The notes under the pieces: model-generated | Told to the model about the DNA's origin: nothing | Database searches by the model: none | Seen by the model: only the letters and a program-made list of their open reading frames with translations | Made by a program: the position numbers and the translations under genes | Assembly (NCBI GenBank): GCA_038087875.1 | Contig: CM075982.1 | Coordinates: forward strand, 33,356,001-33,420,000 | Direction of reading: 5' to 3' | DNA: 64,000 bases | From: Malacoraja senta | Lineage: Eukaryota | Shown here: one piece after another, positions 1 through 11,614 of the stretch | How the letters are laid out: each line of letters begins with the position of its first letter | How positions within the stretch are numbered: the first letter of the stretch is position 1

Positions 1-398
1 GCAGCATGGCCGACACATAGTCCTAGGAGGTCCTATGAGGTCGCTGGAACTCTCCTTCATGCTCGAGGGAAGTTCCAGAATATTTGTGGCCTCAGCTAGG
101 TCGCGGAAAATATTTCTGCATGTTGAAAAATTTTCTGCGAGTAAAATTAGGTCAGCCTAGTTCTTTTGAACTCGTAGTGCTGTGCAGTGGGGCCGCTATT
201 TAGTTACAGGCAGTCGAGGGCAGCCGTAGGCAATCTCCTTCGTTGACCGGGCATTTTGATTGGCTCATTGGAGTTTTCAGGACCAAAGAAAACCTACCGA
301 TAGGTAAAATGCCCGCTAAACTTTATTATACTTCTTAAAAGTGTTTCCACTTCTTCTCCCCCCTCCTTCTTCCACCAACTCTCTTCCCTTCCCTTCCC

Positions 399-535
399 TG
401 AAGTATGAAGGAAAGCTGGCCAGGAATATAAAGAAGACCAGTATAAGCTTCTTGAGATATGTTAAGGGAAAAAGAGTAGCAAAGTCAAATGTGGGTCCCT
501 TGAAGGCAGACACGGGTGAAATTATTATGGGCAAT
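399..535 (+). mobile_element. CR1 LINE ORF2 internal fragment
   Basis: Encodes KYEGKLARNIKK...RYVKGKRVAKSNVGPLKADTGEIIMG; near-identical to 24597-24730 of the longer CR1 in this window. Confidence 0.85.
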
Positions 536-894
536 AAAGCACGATTAAAAGTCTAAACTTGACAACTTCCTGCTTGCACTATATATTGATTTTAGATAAA
601 ATGCTACCACTTACGGCTGTGATTTTTGGCCATCTTACTCAGTCCCCCCTTGGTATCAGTTGCAGAGGATTCTTCCCATCAATGAAAAATAAAAGTGTTA
701 TTAGTGTTTAAAAAATGTTGAGAATCTCTCTCCTGTCAATCACGCCATGAAGGCCATGCCCCTTCTGGTGGGAGGGGGGAATATAAAATCGGGAAGTGTG
801 GGTGTGGCTCAGTCTCTGCAAGGTGGGGGAGGGAGAGGTCATGACTCTGTCTGAGCTGTGAATCAACTGAACACACTGAATGTCTACTGAACAT

Positions 895-1597
895 TGCAGA
901 CCAATTGAATAACTGCTTTGGTTCTGTCTTCACTAAGGAAGACTTAATTAATCTGCCGGAAATAGCAGGGGACCAGGAGTCAAATGAGATGGAGGAACTG
1001 AGTGAAATCCAGGTTAGCCGGGAAGTGGTGTTAGGTAAATTGAATGGATTAAAGGCCGATAAATCCCCAGGGCCAGATAGGCTGCATCCCAGAGTACTAA
1101 AGGAAGTAGCCCCAGAAATAGTGGATGCATTAGTGATAATTTTTCAAAACTCTTTAGATTCTGGAGTTGTTCCTGAGGATTGGAGGGTAGCTAATGTAAC
1201 CCCACTTTTTAAAAAGGGAGGGAGAGAGAAAACGGGGAATTACAGACCAGTTAGTCTAACATCGGTAGTGGGGAAACTGCTAGAATCAGTTATTAAAGAT
1301 GGGATAGCAGCACATTTGGAAAGTGGTGAAATCATTGGACAATGTCAGCATGGATTTATGAAAGGTAAATCATGTCTGACGAATCTTATAGAATTTTTCG
1401 AGGATGTAACTAGTAGAGTGGATAAGGGAGAACCAGTGGATGTGTTATAACTGGACTTTCAGAAGGCTTTCAACAAGGTCCCACATAAGACATTAGTATA
1501 CAAACTTAAAGCACACGGTATTGGGGGTTCAGTGTTGATGTGGGTAGAGAACTGACTGGCAGACAGGAAGCAAAGAGTAGGAGTTAACGGGTCCTTT
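895..1597 (+). mobile_element. CR1 ORF2 (RT N-terminal half) fragment, decayed
   Basis: ORF 905-1450 KSPGPDRLHPRVLKE...NYRPVSLTS...QHGFMKGKSCLTNL matches ORF2 at 53113-56049; stop at YLDF. Confidence 0.9.
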
Positions 1598-2701
1598 GGA
1601 TCATTCAACTCGGTATCCTGTACCTGCTTTCTCCCCATACCCCCTGATCCCTTTAGCCACAAGGGCCACATCTAACTCCCTCTTAAATATAGCCAATGAA
1701 CTGGCCTCAACTACATTCTGTGGCAGAGAATTCCAGAGATTCACCACGCTCTGTGTAAAAAATGTTTTTCTCATCTCAGTCCTAAAAGATTTCCCATTTA
1801 TCCTTAAACTGTGACCCCTTGTTCTGGACTTCCCCAACATCGGGAACAATCTTCCTGCATCTAGCCTGTCCAACCCCTTAAGAAATTTGTAAGTTTCTAT
1901 AAGATCCCCCCTCAATCTTCTAAATTCTAGCGAGTACAAGCCGAGTCTATCCAGTCTTTCTTCATATGAAAGTCCTGACATCCCAGGAATCAGTCTGGTG
2001 AACCTTCTCTGTACTCCCTCTATGGCAAGAATGTCCTTCCTCAAATTAGGAGACCAAAACTGTACGCAATACTCCAGGTGTGGTCTCACCAAACCCTGTA
2101 CAACTGCAGTAGAATCTCCCTGCTCCTATACTCAAATCCTTTTGCTATGAATGCTAACATACCATTCGCTTTCTTCACTGCCTGCTGCACCTGCATGCCT
2201 ACTTTCAATGACTGGTGTACCATGACACCCAGGTCTCGTTGCATCTTCCCTTTTCCTAATCGGCCACCATTCAGGTAATAGTCTACATTCCTGTTTTTGC
2301 TACCAAAGTGGATAATCTCACATTTATCTACATTATACTGCATCTGCCATGCATTTGCCCACTCACCCAGCCTATCCAAGTCATCTTGCAGCCTCCTAGC
2401 ACCCTCCTCACAGCTAACACTGCCCCCCAGCTTCGTGTCATCCGCAAACTTGGAGATGTTGCATTCAATTCCCTCGTCCAAATCATTAATATGTATTGTA
2501 AATAGCTGGGGTCCCAGCACTGAGTCTTGCGGTACCCCACTAGTCACTGCCTGCCATTCTGAAAAGGACCCGTTTACTCCTACTCTTTGCTTCCTGTCTG
2601 CCAGCCAGTTCTCTATCCACATCAATACTGAAACCCCAATACCGTGTGCTTTAAGTTTGTATATTAATCTCTTATGTGGGACCTTGTCGAAAGCCTTCTG
2701 A
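1598..2701 (-). mobile_element. CR1 ORF2 3' part, opposite orientation
   Basis: ORFs 2086-2625 (GVPQ.SVLGP, FADDTKL) and 1601-2092 (LEYCVQFWSP) on the minus strand. Confidence 0.9.
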
Positions 2702-2751
2702 GTATAATATATTATATATATTATCTCTAAGTATCCTTTCCATTAATTTGC

Positions 2752-2900
2752 CCACCCCGCTTGAAATGGTCTGAAACTGCATTTGAATGTGGTGGCCTTG
2801 CACTCTGCATGAAATGGTATGAATCTGCATTTGAAGTTGGTGGCCTTGCACCCTGCATGAAATGGTATGAAACTGCATTTGAATTTGGTGGCCTTGCACC
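2752..2900. repeat. 48-bp minisatellite, about 3 units (left part of the Helitron A array)
   Basis: Unit CTTGCACCCTGC(T/A)TGAA(A/G)TGG(C/T)ATGAAACTGCA(C/T)TTGAATTTGGTGGC. Confidence 0.9.
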
Positions 2901-4108
2901 ATCTCTTATGGACAAAATATGTAATCAATGGGAAAGTTTAGGAATTAAAAAGATCGGGGATATGTATGAAATGGGAGATTTATTATCATTTCAACAATTA
3001 CAATTAAAATTTAAATTGAAAAACAATCATTATTTTAAATATCTTCAGATTTGCGATTTCTTGAAGACATACAAGGATATCAAAAAATAACTCCTGATTT
3101 ATTGGAAGAAGCAATGAATATTAAAGCTGATGCACAAAAATTAATATCATATTTATATAATAGTATTTTAAATATAGACCTACCAGCGACAGAGGTACTT
3201 AGAGAAGAGTGGGAACGGGAATTAATGATAAAAATTACGAAGGTTACATGGGAAAAGTATTTGACATACATTCACAAATGTTCGATTAATGCAAGATAAA
3301 ATTTTAAAAACTAAAATTTTACATAGATTATATTATTCAAAAACAAGATTAAATAAATTCTCTCCAAATATATCCCCCACTTGCGATAAATGTCTAACCC
3401 AAAATGCAACTATAACACACTCTTTTGTTTCCTGTATAAAACTTTATAGATTCGGGAGTGATATTTTCGAAATATTCACAAAATTATTTAAGATAAAAAT
3501 GGAACCTAATAATGAATTGATTATATTTGGGGTAGTGGAAGATGGGAATAAATTGAATCCATCTCAAAAATTATTTTTAAATTATGGTTTAATAATAGCA
3601 AAAAAATTAATACTTAAATTTTGGAAAAATACACCAATACCAACGCTCAAAATGTGGATTGCAAGTATGTTGGACACCGCACATCTTGAGGAAATGCGAT
3701 TCCTCCCAATAGATACATTTGACCAATTCACAACGAGTTGGTCTCCATTTGTCATCTTTTTGGAATCATATGGTGCAACACAATTGTAAAAGCTAACTCG
3801 TGACTGGGCGAGGGATGGTCAAGATTATATATAAAATCTCCTTACTTCTTTTTTCTTTTTCTTCATTTTTTTTCTTTTATTCTCTTTTTCCTATTTTCTA
3901 TTCTTTAACTTTCCTCTTTCACTATCTATTTTTCTTCTCCACACACCATATATCTCACATTTTTCTGTACTTTAATATCTAATTTCTTTTTCTTTTCCCT
4001 CTTTATTATAATAAAAAAAAAAGAAGCTGTACATAAAATGTATTATGAAAGTATGATTGTATACAATTGTACTTACTTCTAATAAAATAAAAATATTTAA
4101 AAAAAAAA
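2901..4108 (+). mobile_element. L1/Tx1-clade LINE 3' fragment with poly(A) and 17-bp TSD
   Basis: ORF remnants with C-terminal zinc knuckle (HRLYYSK...CDKC...THSFVSC). AATAAA at 4081, A10 at 4099-4108. TTTGGTGGCCTTGCACC at 2884-2900 and 4109-4125. Confidence 0.8.
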
Positions 4109-5045
4109 TTTGGTGGCCTTGCACCCTGCATGAAGTGGAATGAAACTGCACTTGAATTTGGTGGCCTTGCACCCTGCTTGAAGTGGTATGAAACTCCATT
4201 TGCATTATGTGGCCTTGCACCCTGCTTGAAGTGGCATGAAACTGCACGAATTTGGTGACCTTGCACCCTGCTTGAAATGGCATGAAACTGCACTTGAATT
4301 TGGTGGGCTTGCACCCTGCTTGGTGGCACGAAACTGCACTTGAATTTGGTGGCCTTGCACCCTGCTTGAAGTGGTACGAAACTGTACTTGAATTTGGTGG
4401 TCTTGCACCATGCTTGAAATGGCATGAAAGTGCATTTGAATTTGGTGGCCTTGCACCCTGCTTGAAGTGGCATGAAACTGCACTTGAATTTGGTGGCCTT
4501 GCACACTGCTTGAAGTGGCATAAAACTGCACTTGAATTTGGTGGCCTTGCACCCCGCTTGAAGCGGCATAAAACTGCACTTTAATTTGGTGGCCTTGAAC
4601 ACTGCTTGAAATGGCATGAAACTGTACTTGAATTTCATAGCCTTGCACCCTGCTTGAAATGGCATGAAACTGCACTTGAATTTGGTGGCCTTGCACCCTG
4701 CTTGAAGTGGCATGAAACTGCACTTGAGTTTGGTGGCCTTGCATCCTGCTTGAAGTGGTAGGAAACTGCACTTGAGTCTGGTGGCCCTGCACCCTGCTTG
4801 AAGTGGTAGGAAACTGCACTTGTGTTTGGTGGCCTTGCACCCTGCTTGAAGTGGTAGGAAACTGCACTTGAATTTGGTGGCCTTGCACCCTGCTTGAAGT
4901 GGTATGAAACTGCACTTGAATTCGGTGGTCTTGCACCCTGCTTGAAGTGGTATGAAACTGCACTCGAATTCGGAGGCCTTGCACCCTGCTTGAAGTGGTA
5001 TGAATCTGCATTGGAATTTGGTGGCCTTGCACCCTGCTTGAAATG
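4109..5045. repeat. 48-bp minisatellite, about 19-20 units
   Basis: Directly visible tandem unit; produces 16-aa periodic ORFs (QVQFHATSSRVQGHQI etc.). Confidence 0.95.
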
Positions 5046-5370
5046 GAATTTCAAGGAAAATCCTTGAGTCAACTGCCAGCCCACCAGCCGTGAGAGAGCT
5101 GCCTGCACATCTGGCTTGAGTGATGGAGCTGCCACCCCAAGAATCCATTTGGCCCACAATGTCCATACTAGCCCTCTGGAAACCAGTCCCTTCAGCCCAC
5201 AACACCGATACTAGCGCTCCAGAAAGCCCCCACTCCCACTGGCCACCAATATTGGAATTGGTGGAATATTGCGCTGGGGGACCAGCCCTACGGTGTGAAC
5301 ATGGGACCCAACGGGTCACACTTAGTCTAGTATATATATATAATTTCTGTAGTTTATTTCTTGTGTTTTC

Positions 5371-5444
5371 TAATTTGTTTAGCAACCTTTTATATACACA
5401 TATATATATATATATGTGTATATAAAAGGTTGCTAAACAAATTA
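5371..5444. repeat. Perfect 74-bp palindrome centred on (TA)7
   Basis: 5371-5400 TAATTTGTTTAGCAACCTTTTATATACACA is the exact reverse complement of 5415-5444. Confidence 0.95.
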
Positions 5445-5955
5445 TATACAGAATTATATATGTGTGTGCGTGTGTGTGTATATATACATCTATATCACAT
5501 TTTTTACATAAATTGGTCATCAAAACTAAGACACTGAGCCAATCTTCAATTTGGCAACACACCGTCGCATCGGCCATCTATGTCACTCAGATACCGTTTA
5601 GATCACATGCGGTGTCCACTCAGATGGATGCAGTATTCTACTACATGATCAGGTGAATGAAGTGGAAATGGTGTATGCAATTTTATTATTCCATGTGATT
5701 TGAAATTTGAACTTTGACCCCATATGTCATATTTTTGTGTGCAGTTTTGTGAATATATATATATGCATATATTTATATGTATATAATTATAAATATAATT
5801 GCCTTTATGGTTTATGTACATCATCTGAAAATAAGATAAAGAGAGAAATAGTGTTGCTTTAAATTAAAGTTGCTTCTGACCCATGAGAAGGTATTTTGAC
5901 ATCTATTTATCTCTAACTTGCCTCTCACACACGAACACATTCATATATATATATA

Positions 5956-8636
5956 TCCCCTCCCACCCTTGACCTGGCTGTCTCATTGGTCTGCTCTTCA
6001 AAATTAGACTGTTTCCAATCCGTTACTCTACCCTCCCTTGTAAAACTGATCACCACCATGAAACCTACTACCTGCCCTCTCGACACTGTCCCCTCTGCCC
6101 TCCTAAACGACGTCATTACAACAGCTGGTCCCAGCATCCTCGCCATCTTCAACAGCTCTCTGGCCACTGGCACTGTACCTACCTGCTTCAAGCAAGCGGT
6201 GGTCCAACCACTCCTGAAAAAACCTAACCTCGACCCCACCTTGCCAAGCAACTACAGACCCATTTTTAAACTGCCATTCCTCTCAAAAGCCCTTGAAAAG
6301 GTAATTTTAAGTCAACTTATACCTTACCTTCACCAAAACACTATCTTGGAAACTTTCCAATCAGGTTTCAGGGCTCACCATAGCACAGAGTCTGCCTTGT
6401 TGAAGGTACACAATGACCTACTGCTCACCGTTGACTCCGGCGACTGTGCAATTCTGCTCCTTCGACCACATGATGTCGACCACACCATCCTAATTGACCG
6501 TCCCCGGTATGGGGTTGGTATTGATGGCACTGCCCTGAGCTGGTTCATCTCCAACCTCAAAGGTAGGAGTTTCTCGACTAACATAGGCAACTCTTTCTCC
6601 TCCCCTGCTAATCTCTGCTGTGGGGTTCCACAAGGTTCCATCCTTGGCCCCATTCTCTTCTCCCTGTATATGCTCCCCTTAGGCCAAGTCATTGAAAGGC
6701 ACGGCACTTCCTTCCATTGCCACGGCATTTCCTTCCAAGTCTACAGAGAGATTTAGGCCATTTGAAAGAGTGGGCTGAAAGATGGCAGATGGAGTTTAAT
6801 GCTGATAAATGTGAGGTGCTACATCTCGGCAGGACAAATCAAAATAGGACGTACATGGTAAATGGTAGCGAATTGAGGAATGCAGTTGAACAGAGGGATC
6901 TAGGAATAACTGTGCACAGTTCCCTGAAGGTGGAATCTCATGTAGATAGGGTGGTAAAGAAAGCTTTTGGTGTGCTGGCCTTTATAAATCAGAGCATTGA
7001 ATATAGAAGTTGGGATGTAATGTTAAAATTGTACAAGGCATTGGTGAGGCCAATTCTGGAGTATGGAGTACAATTTTGGTCGCCTAATTATAGGAAGGAT
7101 GTCAACAAAATAGAGAGAGTACAGAGGAGATTTACTAGAATGTTGCCTGGGTTTCAGCAACTAAGTTACAGAGAAAGGTTGAACAAGTTAGGTCTTTATT
7201 CTTTGGAGCGCAGAAGTTTAAGGGGGGGAATTGATAGAGGTCTTTAAAATGATGAGCGGGTTAGACAGAGTTGACGTGGATAAGCTTTTCCCATTGAGAG
7301 TAGGGAAGATTCAAACAAGGGGACATGACTTGAGAATTAAGGGACAGAAGTTTAGGGGTAACATTAGGGGGAACTTCTTTACTCAGAGAGTGGTAGCTGT
7401 TTGGGATGAGCTTCCAGTGGAAGTGGTGGAGGCAGGTTCGATTTTATCCTTTAAAAATAGATTGGATGGGTATATGGACGGGAAAGGAATGGAGGGTTAT
7501 GGTCTGAGTGCAGGTAGATGGGACTAGGGGGAAGTAAAAAATAAATAAATAAATAAATACATTAAAAAAAAAAAGGGGGGAAAAAAAGTGTTCGGCACGG
7601 ATTTGAAGGGCCGAGATGGCCTGTTTCCGTGCTGTAATGGTTATATGGTTATATGGTTACGCAGACGATACACAACTCTCTCTCCCCCTGAAGCCCAAAA
7701 ACCAATCAAATCTGCTTAACCTTACCCACTGCCTCGAGGATATAAAGTGTTGGATGGCCCAGAACTTCCTCCAACTAAACGAGAGTAAGTCTGAGGTCAT
7801 CCTTCTCGGCCCCTCGGACTCAATCAAAATGATAGCAGGCAGCCTTGGAAGCCTTACCCCACTACTCAAATCTCACGTCAAAAACCTTGGCGTGATATTT
7901 GACTCAGCACTGAAATTTGACAAACAAGTCAATGCCGTGCTAAAAGCTAGCTTCTTTCAGCTTCGGACGATAGCTAAAATAAAACAATTCCTCCAGTTTG
8001 ATGACCTCGAAAAGATCATCCACACATTCATCTCCTCCCGCCTAGATTACTGCAACTCCCTTTACACTGGCATCAGCCAATCTTCCCTGTCCCGCCTGCA
8101 ACTGGTCCAAAACGCTGCAGCGAGACTCCTGACGGGCACCCGAAAAAGGGACCACATCACCCCGATCCTGGCCTCTCTCCACTGGCTCCCCGTGCGGTTC
8201 CGTATAAACTTCAAGATCCTCCTCCATGTCTACAAAGCCCTCAATGGGCTTGCCCCCACCTACATAAAAAGTCTTCTCACCCACCACTCCACCTCCAGGC
8301 CCCTCAGATTGGCCGACTTGGGGTTGCTGAATATCCCACGGTCTAGGCATAAGCTGAGGAGCGACCGCACCTTTGCGGTTGCAGCCCCAAGACTGTGGAA
8401 CAGCATCCCCTTTCCCATCAGCACTGCCCCCTCCATCGACTCTTTTAAGTCAAGACAAAAAACGTATCTATACTCCCAAGCCTTTCCTGACGTCCTCTGA
8501 GTGAGGGCTACATGTATATATGTATGTAGTTTGTTTTGTTTATGCTATTCTTATAACAAACGTAAAGCACTTTGGCCAAAGAGAGTTGTTTTTTAAATGT
8601 GCTATATAAATAAATGTGACTTGACTTGACTTGACT
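5956..8636 (+). mobile_element. L2-clade LINE 3' portion (RT and tail), split by a CR1 insertion
   Basis: ORF 5986-6756 (CPLDTVP, NYRPI.KLPFLSK, QSGFRAHHSTE, GVPQGSILGP) resumes at about 7658 as YADDTQL...SSRLDYCNSL. L2-type tail TGTAAAGCACTTTG...CTATATAAATAAA(ACTTG)n. Confidence 0.9.
6738..7657 (+). mobile_element. CR1 3' fragment (GGTTATAT-tailed subfamily) nested in L2
   Basis: WQMEFNADKCEV...LEYGVQFWSP; ends in (GGTTATAT)n immediately before the L2 YADD codons. Confidence 0.9.
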
Positions 8637-8768
8637 ATATATATATATATATATATGTATGTATATATGTGTATATGAATATATATATATGAATGTGTTC
8701 GTGTGTGAGGCAGGTTAGAGATAAATAGATCTCAAAGTTCCTTCTCATGGACCAGAAGCAACTTTGAA

Positions 8769-8801
<33 letters not shown>

Positions 8802-8862
8802 GTGTATACAAATATATATATATGAATGTGTGTTTGTGTGTGAGAGGCAAGTTAGAGGTAAA

Positions 8863-9075
8863 NNNNNNNNNNNNNNNNNNNNNNNNNNNNNNNNNNNNNN
8901 NNNNNNNNNNNNNNNNNNNNNNNNNNNNNNNNNNNNNNNNNNNNNNNNNNNNNNNNNNNNNNNNNNNNNNNNNNNNNNNNNNNNNNNNNNNNNNNNNNNN
9001 NNNNNNNNNNNNNNNNNNNNNNNNNNNNNNNNNNNNNNNNNNNNNNNNNNNNNNNNNNNNNNNNNNNNNNNNNNN
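8863..9075. other. Assembly gap (213 N)
   Basis: Run of N within a TA-rich tandem repeat. Confidence 1.
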
Positions 9076-9240
9076 ATAAGGGAAACTGCACAAAGGATGG
9101 GACTGGGGAGGAAGGATGGGAGGGAAATCGGCAGATATATATATAGATTAAGCAGGGGGAAAGCATTAAAAAATAAAATTGACTAAATTATTTGAAGTGA
9201 TAGATGACCTATATCGCACACTGTTCCCCACCAACACTGA

Positions 9241-10516
9241 TTACATAGAAACATAGAAAATAGGTGCAGGAGTAGGCCATTCGGCCCTTCGAGCCTGCAC
9301 CGCCATTCAATATGATCATGGCTGATCATCCAACTCAGTATCCTGTACCTGCCTTCTCTCCATACCCCCTGATACCGTTAGCCACAAGGGCCACATCTAA
9401 CTCCGTCTTAATTATAGCCAATGAACTGGCCTCAACTACCTTCTGTGGCAGAGAATTCCAGAGATTCACCACTCTCTGTGTGAAAAATGTTTTTCTCATC
9501 TCGGTCCTAAAAGATTTCCCCCTTATCCTTAAACTGTGACCCCTTGTTCTGGACTTCCCCAACATCGGGAACAATCTTCCTGCATCTAGCCTGTCCAACC
9601 CCTTAAGAATTTTGTAAGTTTCTATAAGATCCCCACTCAATCTTCTAAATTCTAGCGAGTACAAGCCAAGTCTATCCAGTCTTTCTTCATATGAAAGTCC
9701 TGACATAACCATATATCCATGTAACAATTACAGCATGGAAACAGGCCATCTCGGCCCTTCAAATCCATGCCGAACACTTTTTCTCCCTTAGTCCCATCTA
9801 CCTGCACTCAGACCATAACCTTCCATTCCTTTCTCATCCATATACCCATCCAATCTATTTTTAAAGGATAAAATCGAACCTGCCTCCACCACTTCCACTG
9901 GAAGCTCATTCCACACAGCTACCACTCTCTGAGTAAAGAAGGTCCCCCTAATGTTACCCCTAAACTTCTGTCCCTTAATTCTCAAGTCATGTCCTATTGT
10001 TTGAATCATCCCTACTCTCAGGAATCACAGGAATCAGTCTGGTGAACCTTCTCTGTACTCCCTCTATGGCAAGAATGTCTTTCCTCAGATTAGGAGACCA
10101 AAACTGTACGCAATACTCCAGGTGTGGTCTAACCAAGACCCTGTACAACTGCAGTTGAACCTCCCTGCTCCTATACTCAAATCCTTTTGCTATGAATGCT
10201 AACATACCATTCGCTTTCTTCACTGCCTGCTGCACCTGCATGCCTACTTTCAATGACTGGTGTACCATGACACCCAGGTCTCGTTGCATCTCCCCTTTTC
10301 CTAATCGGCCACCATTCAGATAATAGTCTACTTTCCTGTCTTTGCCACCAAAGTGGATAACCTCACATTTATCCACATTATACTGCATCTGCCATGCATT
10401 TGCCCACTCACCCAGCCTATCCAAGTCACCTTGCAGCCTCCTAGCATCCTCCTCACAGCTAACACTGCCCCCCAGCTTCGTGTCATCCGCAAACTTGGAG
10501 ATGTTGCATTCAATTC
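9241..10516 (-). mobile_element. CR1 3' fragment with (CTATGTTT)n tail, interrupted at about 9707-10008 by a second CR1 subfamily 3' fragment
   Basis: ORFs 9987-10526 and 9335-9727 rejoin at GAAAGTCCTGACA|..CAGGAATCAGTC. The nested piece matches 7300-7650. Confidence 0.88.
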
Positions 10517-11586
10517 CCACGTGCAAATCATTACACTGCGAGAGGCATAACAGAAGTCGCGTTTTGCATTGAAAGATGGCGGCCGTGACGCTCTGTTACG
10601 TACTAAACCTCAGTGCGTTGGATTACGTAGGAGTGGAGTAACTTGCTCTGCTCTATGATCTTTGATTCCCAGCATAGACAAGTTAATTTGGGGATTGGTA
10701 GAACAGGACATCGTAAGTCCCAGTCTATTTGCAACACACCAATCCTTGCAGTGCCAAAAGCAGGAAAAGCGGGCCAGTACAGATTTATTCAAGATTTAAG
10801 ATCCGTAAATGCAGTTGTGGAACCACTCCATGCTCTAGTGCCAAACCCTGCTTATATCCTAGCTGATTCCAGCAGAAGCAAGATTCTTTCCCATTGTAGA
10901 CCTGCAACATGCCTTCTTCTCATTACTTCTACATAAGAACAGCCAGTATTTATTTGGCTTTACTTACAGGGGACAACAATACGTGGACAAGACTACCTCA
11001 GCAGGGCTCGAAATTAGCGGTTGCCCGGGTGGCATTGACCACCCAAAGTGCCGCCGGGCAACCTAAACACTGAGTCATTTTGCCTGGCTTGGCAATCAAA
11101 TACTGGTTTACGATAGACACAAAGAACTGGAGTAACTCCGCGGGTCAGGCAGCATCTCTGGAGAATAGGAACGTGACGTTTCATGTCGGCGGTGGCTGTG
11201 CGGGGCAAAGATACTAGGTGCGTGGTGACGAAGGGTCGGAGCGAATGACGGGTCCCGAAAAGCGGCAGCAGCGGCCGCGACAGCGGCTCCACCGCATCCT
11301 CCTCCCGCACCCCGCCCGGCGGAAGGAGTCCTCTCTCTCTCTCTCTCTCTCCCTCTCCCTCCCTCCCTCGGATGGCGGATTTGCAAGCAGTGGCCGCGAT
11401 ATCCCTGATAACGGCCGCTGCTTGCAAATCCATTAACGTTGCTTTCAAAACAACCCCTCTCGCACGCCGAGGCTGGGAGGAGGGAGGGAGAGGGAGGCGG
11501 AGGAGGAGGAGGAGGCGGCAGAGGCAGCAGAGGCAGAGGCAGAGGCAGAGGCGGAGGCCTCCTTCCACCATCTGAAGCAGCTGCAC

Positions 11587-11614
11587 CAAAGATCCTATAG
11601 CTATAGGATCTTTG
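11587..11614. mobile_element. 28-bp TIR-only mini-element with 8-bp TSD
   Basis: AGCTGCAC-[CAAAGATCCTATAG CTATAGGATCTTTG]-AGCTGCAC. A related terminus, CTCTATGATCTTTG, occurs at 10651-10664. Confidence 0.8.

Larger units (their letters stand above)
544..5330 (+). mobile_element. Non-autonomous Helitron copy A (5' TC end lost), carrying nested CR1 and L1 insertions
   Basis: 544-892 is homologous to the 5' modules at 25550 and 26323. 48-bp array follows. 5050-5200 is homologous to 29935-30110. 3' end is hairpin GGGACCC-AAC-GGGTCAC (5303-5319), then CTAG (5327-5330), then T. Confidence 0.7.

Noticed and set aside
1-345. Probable DNA-transposon/MITE fragment at the window start
   Set aside because: No terminus, TSD or second copy in the window to support a call.
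895-2701. Twin-priming inversion of one CR1
   Set aside because: The pieces join tail to tail, and their roughly 140-bp overlap differs at several positions. They are independent copies.
399-5330. Segmental duplication with 24170-30866 (both show CR1, then Helitron, then CR1)
   Set aside because: Junctions, nested insertions and 3' flanks all differ; better explained by abundant families.
4006-5577. 523-aa and overlapping 275/174/100-aa ORFs
   Set aside because: Artefacts of a stop-poor 48-bp tandem repeat inside a Helitron. Several frames are open at once and there are no gene signals.
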